Shown here: in pieces, positions 1 through 10,309 of the stretch | How the letters are laid out: every line of letters starts with the position of its first letter | How positions within the stretch are numbered: position 1 is the first letter of the stretch | Source: a virus | Direction: 5' to 3' (one strand) | IMG/VR virus record: IMGVR_UViG_3300025121_000886 | Span: 29,151 to 93,150 of that record | Length of the DNA: 64,000 nt | Notes under the pieces: generated by a model | Seen by the model: the letters and a program-made list of their open reading frames with translations, nothing else | What the model was told of the DNA's origin: nothing | Database searches by the model: none | Program-made: the position numbers and the translations under genes

Positions 1-18
1 AGATAAGGGGTTAATTTT

Positions 19-2271
19 ATGAAAAGAAGACAAAATGATCAAGATCAAGATATAGATTATGAGCTTCATGATTTTAGCAAAGATTTTCCAGATTATGCTA
101 AAAAATCGGATACTCGAAGAAAAGATGGATCAGAGGTATTCGATCCAGAAAAGATGGTTGATGAGGTTATCAAACACGGTTTTGATTCTTCTGTATTATC
201 TGAAATTGATGATTCTTATTTTAGAAATAGACGTGCTAAAAATGTTTTGGATTGGATTACCCAAAAAGAATATCTAGGGATAGCAACAGTATACCCCGTA
301 CAGGTAATGGCTTTATTGAAATTGTTTGCTGATTACTGCCCTAAATGTTCTGACTATAATTTTCTCAATAATCTTTTTGATGAAAGTCTCGATGAAATAA
401 GAGATAGAGTGCAGGTTTTTAAGGATGGTATATGCCCAAAATGTCATAGCACAAGACTTGATTTTATGCCTGATTATAACCCTAATGCTCGAAAAGATTA
501 TTTTTTACCAAAACCCATAGAACTCGTGGGTGTAGCAGGTCAACGTTCTGGAAAAACTTTTCTTGTGGCCGCAGCAGCTACTTATGTAGAGCATCTTTTT
601 GTAACCCTGCCTTTTCCAGCAAATTATTTTGGTCTAGGAAGTAGTACTACATTTTATATGACATTTTGTGCTGTTACGGCTACACAAGCATATGATAATT
701 TATGGAATGAGTTTAAGGGGATGTATCTTGATTCTTCTTGGTTTAAAGAATATAACCGATTTTTAATAGAGCAATCTAAACGTTTGGGTGTAAACCCACT
801 GGTCCGTATTTTGGATGCAGCCATTATTTATGTTAATAAGCGTATTTCATCCTCCGTAGCAGCCGCAGATACGAGGGCTCTTCGTGGTTATACTAGATTT
901 TTTGCAGCAATAGACGAATTGGGCTGGTTTGATGCAGAAGCATCCAGCCTAAAGATAAAAGCCAATGCTAATGGTACCTATGCAGCTTTATCACATTCAC
1001 TTCTTACCGTAAGAACTTCAGCTAATTATCTTATGACCAGAGGTGTTGTAAATCCTCCTACCGGATACATGTGTAATGTGTCTTCTCCAAGTTGTGTTAA
1101 TGATAAAATAATGCAACTTCTCAGGAGAAGTGATTTCGATACTACAAAGACAGCCTTTCATAAAGCCACCTGGGAGATGAATCCTAGAATAAAAGAGAAT
1201 GACCCCGATCTACAAGCAGAAAGAGAGGAGAATGAGGCAGACTTTGACCGTGATTATAGGGCGACTCCCCCAATAACAACAAATCCATTTATACCAGTTG
1301 GAACTGCTTTAAGCAATGTTTATAAATTTATTGATGAGGATGTAAATCCAGCAATAATATTGCCTGTTCTTTATCAAGATATAGATGGAGATAAAGGTGG
1401 TGGAGCACAGTTTTTATATTCAGAACTTCCAGAAATGCTAAATCTAGATAGGTCGGTACCTCGTTGTTTGGCCGTTGATGCTGGTGAGACAAATAACAGT
1501 TATGCTCTAACATTATTATCATTTTTACCGCACACAACGGTGGCTGTACCCGATCTCTTGATGGAATTATCCCCAAAATATCATAAACCTGAGGGGATGC
1601 CTGTTAAATTGGTGGTTAAATTTTCTTATGTTTTCGACTATGTTATAGAACCCTTGGTTAGATCATTAAATATAGTACATGTATTATTTGATAGGTGGAA
1701 TTCAGCACAACAAATATCAGAATTAGAGGATATTGTAGCAGATGCTGGTAAAAAGACTATTGTGACAAGACATTCTCTTGATTGGCAAGATATGAAAGGA
1801 GTTAGAGACAAAATAATTATGGGGAATGTCCGATCTTCAAAACCCCAAATGAGTTTTGAGGAAGCAATGAGAAATCCAGAAAATGTGGCTATGAAGGATC
1901 CTTTGGCTCATTTAATTTATCAGGTATTTGCCGTTAGAAACGTTGGTCACAAAGTGTATAAACCTATGAGTGGTACTGATGATCTCTGGAGATGTTTGGC
2001 TCTTGGGGTTAGATTTATGTTTCATGTTGATAGGAGAGAGGGGGATAATTCAGAGTTATATTTAAACTCTGGCTCAGTTGAATATAATAGACGAACCCCA
2101 AAGAGAGATAATAGAATTATCACTGTCTCTAGAAGCAATTATCTTTCTAATAGAGACAAGTTTCATAATAATAAAGGTGTTAACACAACAGTTTTGAGGA
2201 CATCTTCCAGCATAAGACGAGAAAGTCCTTTTATATCGGTTATTAATAATGAATATTATAACAATAGATAG
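19..2271 (+). CDS. terL: Terminase large subunit with a CPKC...CPKC zinc-ribbon insert
   Basis: Walker A GQRSGKT, Walker B AAIDELG, RNase H-like nuclease AVDAG...GTDDL; upstream of portal. Confidence 0.9.
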   Translation: MKRRQNDQDQDIDYELHDFSKDFPDYAKKSDTRRKDGSEVFDPEKMVDEVIKHGFDSSVLSEIDDSYFRNRRAKNVLDWITQKEYLGIATVYPVQVMALLKLFADYCPKCSDYNFLNNLFDESLDEIRDRVQVFKDGICPKCHSTRLDFMPDYNPNARKDYFLPKPIELVGVAGQRSGKTFLVAAAATYVEHLFVTLPFPANYFGLGSSTTFYMTFCAVTATQAYDNLWNEFKGMYLDSSWFKEYNRFLIEQSKRLGVNPLVRILDAAIIYVNKRISSSVAAADTRALRGYTRFFAAIDELGWFDAEASSLKIKANANGTYAALSHSLLTVRTSANYLMTRGVVNPPTGYMCNVSSPSCVNDKIMQLLRRSDFDTTKTAFHKATWEMNPRIKENDPDLQAEREENEADFDRDYRATPPITTNPFIPVGTALSNVYKFIDEDVNPAIILPVLYQDIDGDKGGGAQFLYSELPEMLNLDRSVPRCLAVDAGETNNSYALTLLSFLPHTTVAVPDLLMELSPKYHKPEGMPVKLVVKFSYVFDYVIEPLVRSLNIVHVLFDRWNSAQQISELEDIVADAGKKTIVTRHSLDWQDMKGVRDKIIMGNVRSSKPQMSFEEAMRNPENVAMKDPLAHLIYQVFAVRNVGHKVYKPMSGTDDLWRCLALGVRFMFHVDRREGDNSELYLNSGSVEYNRRTPKRDNRIITVSRSNYLSNRDKFHNNKGVNTTVLRTSSSIRRESPFISVINNEYYNNR

Positions 2272-2283
2272 GAGAATATTATC

Positions 2284-2658
2284 ATGCAAAAATTAATAGA
2301 CATTGTTTATAGAGCAGTCACAGGATCAAAAGCAGAGGTTATATATCGAGAATTGAAAGGAATGGGATATCCAGATAAAATAGAGGACAAGGAAGTTTCA
2401 GATATTGTTGCCATGTCTAAAGAATTAGATAATTCAGAAACCGAGCGTTTATCTTCTTTTGATAAATTGATGAGAACTTCTAGCAAAACATCAATTCTCG
2501 GTTCAGATAAATTTAATTTTATTTTTGACAATGAAAATAAAAGCACTAAAGCATGTAAAAACTGTGGTGGTGGGCTAAGTTCGATATCTTTAGCCTCCCA
2601 GAAAGCGGCATTATATTGTGAGGTGTGCAAAATAGCTTATAACCCAGAAGCAATTTAA
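2284..2658 (+). CDS. Small hypothetical protein with C-terminal zinc ribbon
   Basis: CKNC...CEVC; RBS AGGAG upstream; between terL and portal. Confidence 0.7.
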   Translation: MQKLIDIVYRAVTGSKAEVIYRELKGMGYPDKIEDKEVSDIVAMSKELDNSETERLSSFDKLMRTSSKTSILGSDKFNFIFDNENKSTKACKNCGGGLSSISLASQKAALYCEVCKIAYNPEAI

Positions 2659-2668
2659 GGTTAAATTT

Positions 2669-4636
2669 ATGTTTTCTAAAAAACAGCATAATAGATATGG
2701 ATCGGCCTCTTATGGATCTAAAGATGTAAGGAGAGGGTCTTATAATATCAATCGTTTTAATCCACAACGGTTTTCCCTAGAAGCGGGTTCTATCGTAGAA
2801 CAGTCTCTTCCTAGAGACCCCGTGGGCTTAAATAAATTACACAAAATGATTTATTTAAGGGGGTCAATAGCTGGACCAGCCGTTGATCTGTATAAGACAC
2901 TTCCTTGGTCTGATTGGACTATCTCCGGTTTGAAAGATCCCAAAATAAAACGTATTTATGAAGATTGCTTAAATGCTTTAGATGTCAAGGGGTTGATGCC
3001 TCATATAACTGGTGAATATTTAATTTTTGGTAGAAGTATTGTTTCATTATTGTTTGATGAGACAAAGGGGTATTTTACAAGTTCAATAGTACAAGATCAA
3101 GATTTTTGTAGGATAACACCAATATTTGTCGAGGGATTTGACCCTAAAATTGATGTTATGCCTACACCGGGGATGAGACAATTTATAGCCTCAAAGGATC
3201 CCAGAGATTTAGAGGCTAAAAAACGTCTTCCTAAAGAATTGTTAAAGCAACTTCGAACAAATAGCTATATACCTTTAGAACCGGCTAATACTTTATTTTT
3301 ACCAAGAAGAGCATTTGGTACAGATCATCTAGGAACTTCTTATTATTCTAGATTGATAGATACCTGGGCTTTAAGGGTGGGTTTGATAAATGCTCAATTA
3401 ATACAGGTTAAAAGAAGAGCTGGTGCTATTCGTCATGCAGTTGTTGGCACGGATAATTGGGAGCCAAATTCAGATGAGATGGAAGATATTGCGGGTACAA
3501 TTTTGCAAGCAGATGAAGATCCTGTTGGGGCAGTTATTGTCACCAGACAGGGTGTAGAAATAGGGGAGGTTCCTGGTGCTGGCGGGGGTGCAGTATGGAA
3601 AATGGCTGATGAATGGTCATACATTATGGAGACAGAACTTAGATCTTTAGGTTTAAGTGAAACTTTTCTAACGGGTGATGCTACTTATGGTCAATTAGAG
3701 ATGGCAACATCAGCTTTTGTAGAACAATTACTTGCCCTCAGATGGTATTTAACCAAGAAAACTATTATTGATAAAATATTGACGACTGTAGCTAGAGTCA
3801 ACCAAATATATAAAACTACATCATCTGAGCTGGATTTAGGTATAAGGACAAGTGTGTCTTTACGTGCTAAAACTGAAGAAGTTGGTTTTGAGGATTTGTT
3901 GTTACCGAGGTTTGAATGGAATAAGAAATTTAAACCAATTTCTGATGAAACTTATATGGGTATTTTAGGTACTATGGAAGAGAAAGGTCTTCCTGTAACA
4001 CTTCAATCGTGGGCAACAGCTGGTGGATTTGATATAGATAGAGAAATGGATCTGTTACCAGAAGACATTAAATTAAGAAAAAAAGTCTCTGAGTATAAAA
4101 AGAAAATACCTAATTCGGGCGGTGATGATGAATTCGGTGGTGGAGATTTTGGAGGGGGTGGGGATGAGACAGAAGCTTCTCATAAATTACAGTCCAAAGA
4201 TCCTATGTGGAAAAATGGAAAATTTATAGATTTAGACATCAACACTTTTTCTAATATTTTAGCAAGAAGCTTTACAAGTAAAGAGTTACAGGAATTGTCC
4301 GCAAAAGATAATAGAAAGGAGATAATTTCTGAAAAAATAGGTCAGAGAAATGCTGAATTATCTGAAGTGATGTTAATGCGCTTAGGTGTTTTTAAACCAA
4401 GAGAAATTTCACCCGAGATAAATAATGAAGTTGTTAGGTGGATTATTGATTCAGATATATCAGGACAAGAGATGCTTAGAGAGTTATATAAATTATCTAA
4501 GATAAGTAGAAATGGTAAAACTGTTTCATCGAGAGAAATGTCCGGTTTGTTGTCATCAGCTGCATGTACCTGTGGTAAAGAAATTGGTGATCAGCCTGAT
4601 AAATCTCATTTATTGTTGTCTGGTGCAATAGATTAA
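2669..4636 (+). CDS. Portal protein with Gly/Asp linker and C-terminal extension
   Basis: 655 aa; position after terL; portal-like segments (GPAVDLYKTLPWS, GEYLIFG, GTSYYSRL, LGLSETFLTG). Confidence 0.75.
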   Translation: MFSKKQHNRYGSASYGSKDVRRGSYNINRFNPQRFSLEAGSIVEQSLPRDPVGLNKLHKMIYLRGSIAGPAVDLYKTLPWSDWTISGLKDPKIKRIYEDCLNALDVKGLMPHITGEYLIFGRSIVSLLFDETKGYFTSSIVQDQDFCRITPIFVEGFDPKIDVMPTPGMRQFIASKDPRDLEAKKRLPKELLKQLRTNSYIPLEPANTLFLPRRAFGTDHLGTSYYSRLIDTWALRVGLINAQLIQVKRRAGAIRHAVVGTDNWEPNSDEMEDIAGTILQADEDPVGAVIVTRQGVEIGEVPGAGGGAVWKMADEWSYIMETELRSLGLSETFLTGDATYGQLEMATSAFVEQLLALRWYLTKKTIIDKILTTVARVNQIYKTTSSELDLGIRTSVSLRAKTEEVGFEDLLLPRFEWNKKFKPISDETYMGILGTMEEKGLPVTLQSWATAGGFDIDREMDLLPEDIKLRKKVSEYKKKIPNSGGDDEFGGGDFGGGGDETEASHKLQSKDPMWKNGKFIDLDINTFSNILARSFTSKELQELSAKDNRKEIISEKIGQRNAELSEVMLMRLGVFKPREISPEINNEVVRWIIDSDISGQEMLRELYKLSKISRNGKTVSSREMSGLLSSAACTCGKEIGDQPDKSHLLLSGAID

Positions 4637-4761
4637 TTTCAACACAGTCTCCTTTATTCCTCTTAAATATCTTTATTAGTCACCTCAAATGTTAAGACCT
4701 TGATTAATTCTTTTCTTAATAATTACAATATTAAAGACAAACACTAAGTTTTAATAATTAT

Positions 4762-5544
4762 GTGATATGTGTTTTTAAAAAAGCGAGTGATTTCATGAGC
4801 TATATGAATTTAGATAGATCAGGTTTTCAAGTTACAGGTGAATATCAATTATCCACCCAAATGTTCGAAGGATATAAATCAGAAATACAATCCAAAAGCG
4901 ATGGAACAAGAGTGGCTGTAGCTAAAGCAGATGGTATAGAATATGTATTAGATGTAGATTGGTTAAGAGCCGCATCGAAAACTTATCAAGTTTCAGATAA
5001 TATTAAGGATTTTGTCTTTGTGGAAGTCCCTGGATTGACAATAGATATCCCTAATAGAAATATGGATGAGTTTGGTTATGATGTTGTGACAGAGTTTTCT
5101 CCCAGATCAGGACGTTTTGTATTTAGAACATTTGTGGGAAAACCAACTTGCAAAGACCATAATAATAAAGATGTCACAAAAGCCGTGGGTATAAATTTTG
5201 ATTCTTTTTTGGTGCCCTGGTCTAATGGTTATTATAAGATAAAAACCTTGTCTGGTTTTGACCGGAGTAAGGACAGTATTCTTGCAAATGAGATACTTAC
5301 CAAAAAAAGAATTGGTTATAGCATGGGAGCTCTCGTTGGTGAGAGCCGTTGTTCTATATGCAATGCAGTTTCATGTGTTCCTGCTCACAAACAGTGCATA
5401 CACTTCCGCAACTATGGGAAGGGCAAACTTTTCCAGGGGAAGTTAATATATGATAGATGCAGATATGTTGAATTTATAGAGATGAGTTCTGTTCTGGACC
5501 CCGCTGACGTAACAGCCGTGGAAAATAAGCGGGTTTGGGAATAA
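4762..5544 (+). CDS. Prohead (maturation) protease
   Basis: PNRNMDEF, TFVGKP..DH, YSMGA, CSIC, FIEMSSV.DPAD motifs typical of large-phage prohead proteases; follows portal. Confidence 0.8.
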   Translation: MICVFKKASDFMSYMNLDRSGFQVTGEYQLSTQMFEGYKSEIQSKSDGTRVAVAKADGIEYVLDVDWLRAASKTYQVSDNIKDFVFVEVPGLTIDIPNRNMDEFGYDVVTEFSPRSGRFVFRTFVGKPTCKDHNNKDVTKAVGINFDSFLVPWSNGYYKIKTLSGFDRSKDSILANEILTKKRIGYSMGALVGESRCSICNAVSCVPAHKQCIHFRNYGKGKLFQGKLIYDRCRYVEFIEMSSVLDPADVTAVENKRVWE

Positions 5545-5598
5545 AAATTTTAGAATGAATAATTTTTCCACAAAACAATTATTAAGGAGTAATTACTA

Positions 5599-6987
5599 AT
5601 GATAACAAAATCTCCCGAGAACCTCAGAGAGTCAAGATTACAAAGGTTGGCTAATTATAATAGCCAAAAAAACGGGGTGGGAGGCAAGGATCAGAGGTCT
5701 GCAACAGGTTTTCCTATGAAATCAGTTACCTGGGACCCCGAGAAACAAGCCCCATCTTCTTCTGATTACTATGGAGCACCTCCTGATGCAGGTTTTGGTT
5801 ATGGTGCTGCAAAGTGTACAGGATGTTCTAAAGTTATGGCCATTAGGTTGAAACCTCGTGATATGGGTATTGTACCAAAAGGAACACCTATTGTTAGCGA
5901 GAATTCTCAACCAGCTATTTATGAATCTTCTTTTTGCCCAGAGTGCGGGAACGAACTTGAAGTCGTTTCTGAACTTAAGGGGTTTATGCCCTCTGTTGAT
6001 AAGTCAATAACTTATGGGAAATGTTCTGTTCATGGGGAACAGGTTACAGCGAATTCTAATGGTAAAGAAAAGTGTGGTTTTTGCACAGCTTGTGGTCAAC
6101 CGGTTAATGCTATTGAAGCATCGTTTACACAATTTATTCCTTTTCTTGAAAAAGCTCCTGAGAAAATTGCAGCAAATCAAGTATCAATGCAACTTTTCAA
6201 CAAAGATAGCAAGGATCCTCACTGGGTTATTATGTTATCGGGTGATCCCTATGCTAAAGTAACTCTTTCTGAACAGTCAAGACCAGATGAGATTAGACCT
6301 ATGTTTGTCTCTGAATCTTATAGAGATACAGTTTTAGAAGCATTGACAAAGATGCCAAGTTCACAGGTATTTGCTTCTATTAAAGCTAAGGTTTATTCAA
6401 CTGTTATAGATAAAGAATCTTTGGCTGGTTCTATTAAAGATAGACTTCTCAAAGAAGGAAATAAAAAAATTCATCGCATGGTTGAAAGACATAAATCATG
6501 TTTAAATCTTGCCATTGAAGCAAGTTACAAGAATTATGATATTGATAACCCTTTAAAAGCAGCTATTTGTCAAACATTGATAGATTTTGGGATTGATAAT
6601 GCTCATCGTCATGTAGAGGCTTCTTTCAAGATTGGTTTCAAACCATTTATAGATAAAATATTCGCCCTTGCCGAAAAGTATTCTAAGATGAGCGATGAAG
6701 GTCTTGAACATTTCGCTACCCTCTTAAGAGAATCTTCTGTCAGATTACCTGAAGATGTTATTGCTGAATCTTCTAGTGATGGAATTACTGCCAATTTTCA
6801 ACCTGAGATAGTAATTTCTAATACTGAAGAACAAGATTTAAAACACAGACTTACTAATGGAAATTTTCCAATAAGGATACAGGGAAGTAGAGACAATGCT
6901 CCAGCGTCTCTTAAAGACGATATCAGAGGAAAACTCCATCTTAATAAAAAGATGTATATGATCGAAGAATTGGACGAAGAAAAGTAG
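5599..6987 (+). CDS. Putative head scaffold/core protein with zinc ribbons
   Basis: Between protease and capsid; CTGC/CPEC and CSVH/CTAC pairs; helical C-terminal half; RBS AAGGAG. Confidence 0.5.
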   Translation: MITKSPENLRESRLQRLANYNSQKNGVGGKDQRSATGFPMKSVTWDPEKQAPSSSDYYGAPPDAGFGYGAAKCTGCSKVMAIRLKPRDMGIVPKGTPIVSENSQPAIYESSFCPECGNELEVVSELKGFMPSVDKSITYGKCSVHGEQVTANSNGKEKCGFCTACGQPVNAIEASFTQFIPFLEKAPEKIAANQVSMQLFNKDSKDPHWVIMLSGDPYAKVTLSEQSRPDEIRPMFVSESYRDTVLEALTKMPSSQVFASIKAKVYSTVIDKESLAGSIKDRLLKEGNKKIHRMVERHKSCLNLAIEASYKNYDIDNPLKAAICQTLIDFGIDNAHRHVEASFKIGFKPFIDKIFALAEKYSKMSDEGLEHFATLLRESSVRLPEDVIAESSSDGITANFQPEIVISNTEEQDLKHRLTNGNFPIRIQGSRDNAPASLKDDIRGKLHLNKKMYMIEELDEEK

Positions 6988-7092
6988 AGTTGTGTTTTAA
7001 CTTAAATTAGTTGTGATGAAAAATGAAACAAGATAGTTATTTAAGCAGAAAAGATAAAAGATAAATCTTTTCTCAATATAAGGAGATTAAAA

Positions 7093-7854
7093 ATGTATGA
7101 TCTGAGAAAATCATGGTTTTCTAATAAGACTGAAAAAAGAGTGAGCCCTGGAAATAGTTTTACAGAGGAAGGGCAATGTGCTGTATTAGATACGGCTGTG
7201 ACCTATGAGTGTTATAAACAGAGTGCAGCTATGACTGATCATTTTGGTGGGTTTGCCTTGATTGATACTCAAAGTTATTCGGTTATGCCTAGAGTTGAAG
7301 ATAAAACAGTTCCATCTTCTGGAACATTGACGGTACAGATGGATAAAACAACCCCAGTACTGGCCTCTGTATCTATTCTGATAACTTATACAGATGGTAC
7401 TACCGGATGGATGGTATATGACGCCACACCAGATGATCCTGCGGACTATAATATTTCTGCATCTGGTCTCTTAACTTTTTATGATGATGTTTTAGTAAAA
7501 GGTGCAACGGTTAACATTCGTTATAAATACAGTCTTACTGTTGAGGAAGCTAATAGACTTTATTGGGAACGGTCAGTTAATAATAAAGCATCAGCAACTC
7601 TTGGGCAGTTTACATTAGGTTATGGTGAAGGTGAGATATTTACATCTGAGTATTATTCAGCTGCTGAAACTTCAACTGCTAATGCTAATTTTACAGCAGT
7701 TGGGAATTATGTAACCATCGGTGCATCTGGACTTATTGTTCCTTATGAAAATACGCTTGCTAATCGAGTGAATGCAATCGGTTATGTTATTAAACCCCCT
7801 ACAGCTTCCGACCCTCTTCTCGGGATACATTTTAGATCATATAGGGTTGTATGA
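7093..7854 (+). CDS. Putative capsid decoration/cement protein
   Basis: Beta-rich, ends IGYVIKPPTASDPLLG; lies just upstream of the capsid gene; RBS AAGGAG. Confidence 0.5.
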   Translation: MYDLRKSWFSNKTEKRVSPGNSFTEEGQCAVLDTAVTYECYKQSAAMTDHFGGFALIDTQSYSVMPRVEDKTVPSSGTLTVQMDKTTPVLASVSILITYTDGTTGWMVYDATPDDPADYNISASGLLTFYDDVLVKGATVNIRYKYSLTVEEANRLYWERSVNNKASATLGQFTLGYGEGEIFTSEYYSAAETSTANANFTAVGNYVTIGASGLIVPYENTLANRVNAIGYVIKPPTASDPLLGIHFRSYRVV

Positions 7855-7901
7855 TGATAGGATAAGATAGAATTTGCTTAATGATTTTATATAGTTTCAA
7901 C

Positions 7902-7934
7902 GGCCAATTTAATGTTGTAACCATTAAATTGGCC
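7902..7934. other. Perfect 13-bp stem-loop (possible mRNA processing/stability element or terminator)
   Basis: GGCCAATTTAATG-ttgtaac-CATTAAATTGGCC; no U-tract on the + strand. Confidence 0.6.
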
Positions 7935-7973
7935 ACAAAAAATCATTGATGTCTTAAGATTCTTTTTACAGAT

Positions 7974-8903
7974 ATGAGGTTTGAGATGAATATCAAAAAA
8001 ATTTTCAATGCATTGGGTGATATGCATATAGTTTCAGCCAGACTCAAGACTCGCGGAGAAGATGGGTTAGCTTCTCGTATAGAACGTCTTGCAGATAAGA
8101 TGCTGAATGAGGTTGTTGATGAAGATGAAGCTTCAGACGACCGAAAGAATAGAGTAGCATCTATGTTTGAAGAGGGAGTCACACCAGAATTTGTAGATGC
8201 AGAAGACAGTTATTCTGGCGATGATTATTTAGAAGAATATCCCATAGACGACGAAGAATATATTGATGAGGAGTCTCCCGTTGAAGATTTATCGTTAGAT
8301 GAGTACCCGGTAGAAGACGAAGGTTTTATCGATGAAGAACTCCCGGTTGAAGATGAATATTATGAAGATGAAGACCTTAATCTTTCTGATGAATATGCTA
8401 CAGAAGACACATTTTCTGAAGACGAATATTTAGGAGACAATTATTCAGAAGATGAATATCCTATAGAGGATGAGAATTTAGATTATAATGATAACGAGGA
8501 TTTTGATCTTGAGAGTATTGATCTTCAAGCCAGTAGAGTATTTGATGTTTCTGGTAGAAGGATAAGATCGTCAGCTGATCTTAGAACAGCTGAAGTAGAT
8601 TTTACTCAAAGTGAGTTTATTACAGCAGCAGGAAAAAAACCGAGTAGATCTGAAGTTGCCCGTTCTTTTAGAAAGATGAAACAAAAAAAGGGAAAAAAAA
8701 AGACTTATGTCTGTTGTGAGAAACCTAGATTAAAGACCACTCTTAGCGGTGGGAAAAAGATATGGTATTCAAACTGCAAGTATAAAGCAAAATCTTCAAC
8801 TGGAAAACCAATGTTAGCAAGTGTTTTTCGAGTTGTAGGGAAGGACCCTAGAAAAAAACCCAGATTTATCATGATGCATAATAAAAAAATGAAGTATTGT
8901 TAA
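7974..8903 (+). CDS. Hypothetical head-associated protein: acidic repeat core, basic C-terminus (likely start 7986)
   Basis: EYP(I/V)(D/E)DE..IDEE.PVED repeats; Lys-rich tail; carries shared helical tag. Confidence 0.65.
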   Translation: MRFEMNIKKIFNALGDMHIVSARLKTRGEDGLASRIERLADKMLNEVVDEDEASDDRKNRVASMFEEGVTPEFVDAEDSYSGDDYLEEYPIDDEEYIDEESPVEDLSLDEYPVEDEGFIDEELPVEDEYYEDEDLNLSDEYATEDTFSEDEYLGDNYSEDEYPIEDENLDYNDNEDFDLESIDLQASRVFDVSGRRIRSSADLRTAEVDFTQSEFITAAGKKPSRSEVARSFRKMKQKKGKKKTYVCCEKPRLKTTLSGGKKIWYSNCKYKAKSSTGKPMLASVFRVVGKDPRKKPRFIMMHNKKMKYC

Positions 8904-9032
8904 CGTCTCAATTTTTGTAATTTTAGGATTAGAGTTATATAGCTGTGAGGCGAGTCCACGTTTGATTTATATATTAGCTTTTATCTAAGGATTTCAGAAA
9001 ATGAGCAAAATAAATATTAGGAGATTTATATA

Positions 9033-10193
9033 ATGGCACTTATTAATCCTTTCAATCCTTATTCTCAAAATAGAACAGCATCAACTGTTCCAGAATATGT
9101 TACTGATAACGGTGAACCAGTAATGGAAACGTTGCGCGCTGGTATTAAGAAACCTAGAAGTGGAAAAACTTCTTTTTCTAATTCTACTCCTCTTATTGCA
9201 AGCAATGGTGAACTTAACGCCACCAGTAAAAGGGACCTCATGAAGAATATGCTTACCATGAGGGATATGGTTCAACAGGGGAAAATCCGCAGATCTTCAG
9301 CTGATATAACCAGACAGAGATTAGCTGCTCACAAAGAACTTTTAAGACAAGCCTTCAATGAGAGAAATAGTCAAGTATTTGAAGCGATTGGACAAGTTAT
9401 TTCTGATGAAATCTATGAATCAATGGGAAGAGAAGGTTTTGCTCGAAATGTTTTAGCTTTCTGTCCTCTTGAAGGAGATGAAACAGCTCGTATTAAGATC
9501 AGAACCAAGGATGTTATTTCTTATGTTGTGACGGCGAACCCTGAAGTGGTTGCCTGTCATGTAAGAGCCCATTGGCTGTATCCACAAGAATTTTATTTGA
9601 TATGCACTCTTTTAGCAGAAAATAAAGATATTGCTCAAACCGGTGGTACTTTAATTGATGATAAATACCAAGACGGTATGGAAAGCATTTTTGTACAGGA
9701 AGATCTGGTATGGAAGACCCTTGCTGATTTAGCTGCTCCTGCACAGAATAACCTTTATGTTTTTAATACCTTAACACCTTCTACTTTCTCAGCCCTTAGA
9801 ACTCAGGTGTGGAGATGGGGTATTACACCTACGACAGCTATTATCTCTTTTGATCTGTGGGATGATATAATCACCGATTCAGAGTTTGCTAATTGGTGGT
9901 CAGAGGTAGCGAAACATGAAATCATTCTCACCGGAAAAATTGGTGGTCTCCTCGATGTAGAACTTAGAACAGATGGGTATCGTCAAGAAAATTTACAGGT
10001 TTTAAATCCTGGTGAAATTTATATGTGTGGTGCTCCAGAAAGTTTGGGAGCAATTTGTGAACGACAACCAGTAATTTCTAAACCAATTGATCAAGCTGTG
10101 TTACAACGACCACAAAGAGGATGGTATTTGGAAGCGATCGAGGGTATGGCTATTGCCAACTCGAAAGCTATCTCAAGAGGCTATCGAGTATAG
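9033..10193 (+). CDS. Major capsid protein (HK97 fold)
   Basis: 386 aa; REGFARNVL, QED..W, G.IG.L..V, GEIY..APESLG, GW...EGMAI.N pattern; strong RBS; position in head module. Confidence 0.8.
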   Translation: MALINPFNPYSQNRTASTVPEYVTDNGEPVMETLRAGIKKPRSGKTSFSNSTPLIASNGELNATSKRDLMKNMLTMRDMVQQGKIRRSSADITRQRLAAHKELLRQAFNERNSQVFEAIGQVISDEIYESMGREGFARNVLAFCPLEGDETARIKIRTKDVISYVVTANPEVVACHVRAHWLYPQEFYLICTLLAENKDIAQTGGTLIDDKYQDGMESIFVQEDLVWKTLADLAAPAQNNLYVFNTLTPSTFSALRTQVWRWGITPTTAIISFDLWDDIITDSEFANWWSEVAKHEIILTGKIGGLLDVELRTDGYRQENLQVLNPGEIYMCGAPESLGAICERQPVISKPIDQAVLQRPQRGWYLEAIEGMAIANSKAISRGYRV

Positions 10194-10242
10194 GCTTTAG
10201 TTGTTTTCCTTTAAAAGTTAAAAGAATGTTAAGATAGAAATC

Positions 10243-10274
10243 GGGGAGATATTTTTCTCCCCCCCTCTCTTTTC
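10243..10274 (+). terminator. Probable intrinsic terminator after capsid gene
   Basis: GGGGAGA-tatttt-TCTCCCC stem followed by a pyrimidine tract. Confidence 0.45.
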
Positions 10275-10309
10275 TCAAAAAATAATATTACATGCTTGAG
10301 GAGAAATTT

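Noticed and set aside
300-480. Intein or intron in the terminase
   Set aside because: The insert is a short CxxC pair with no intein splice motifs (C...HN) or homing endonuclease; the ORF is continuous.
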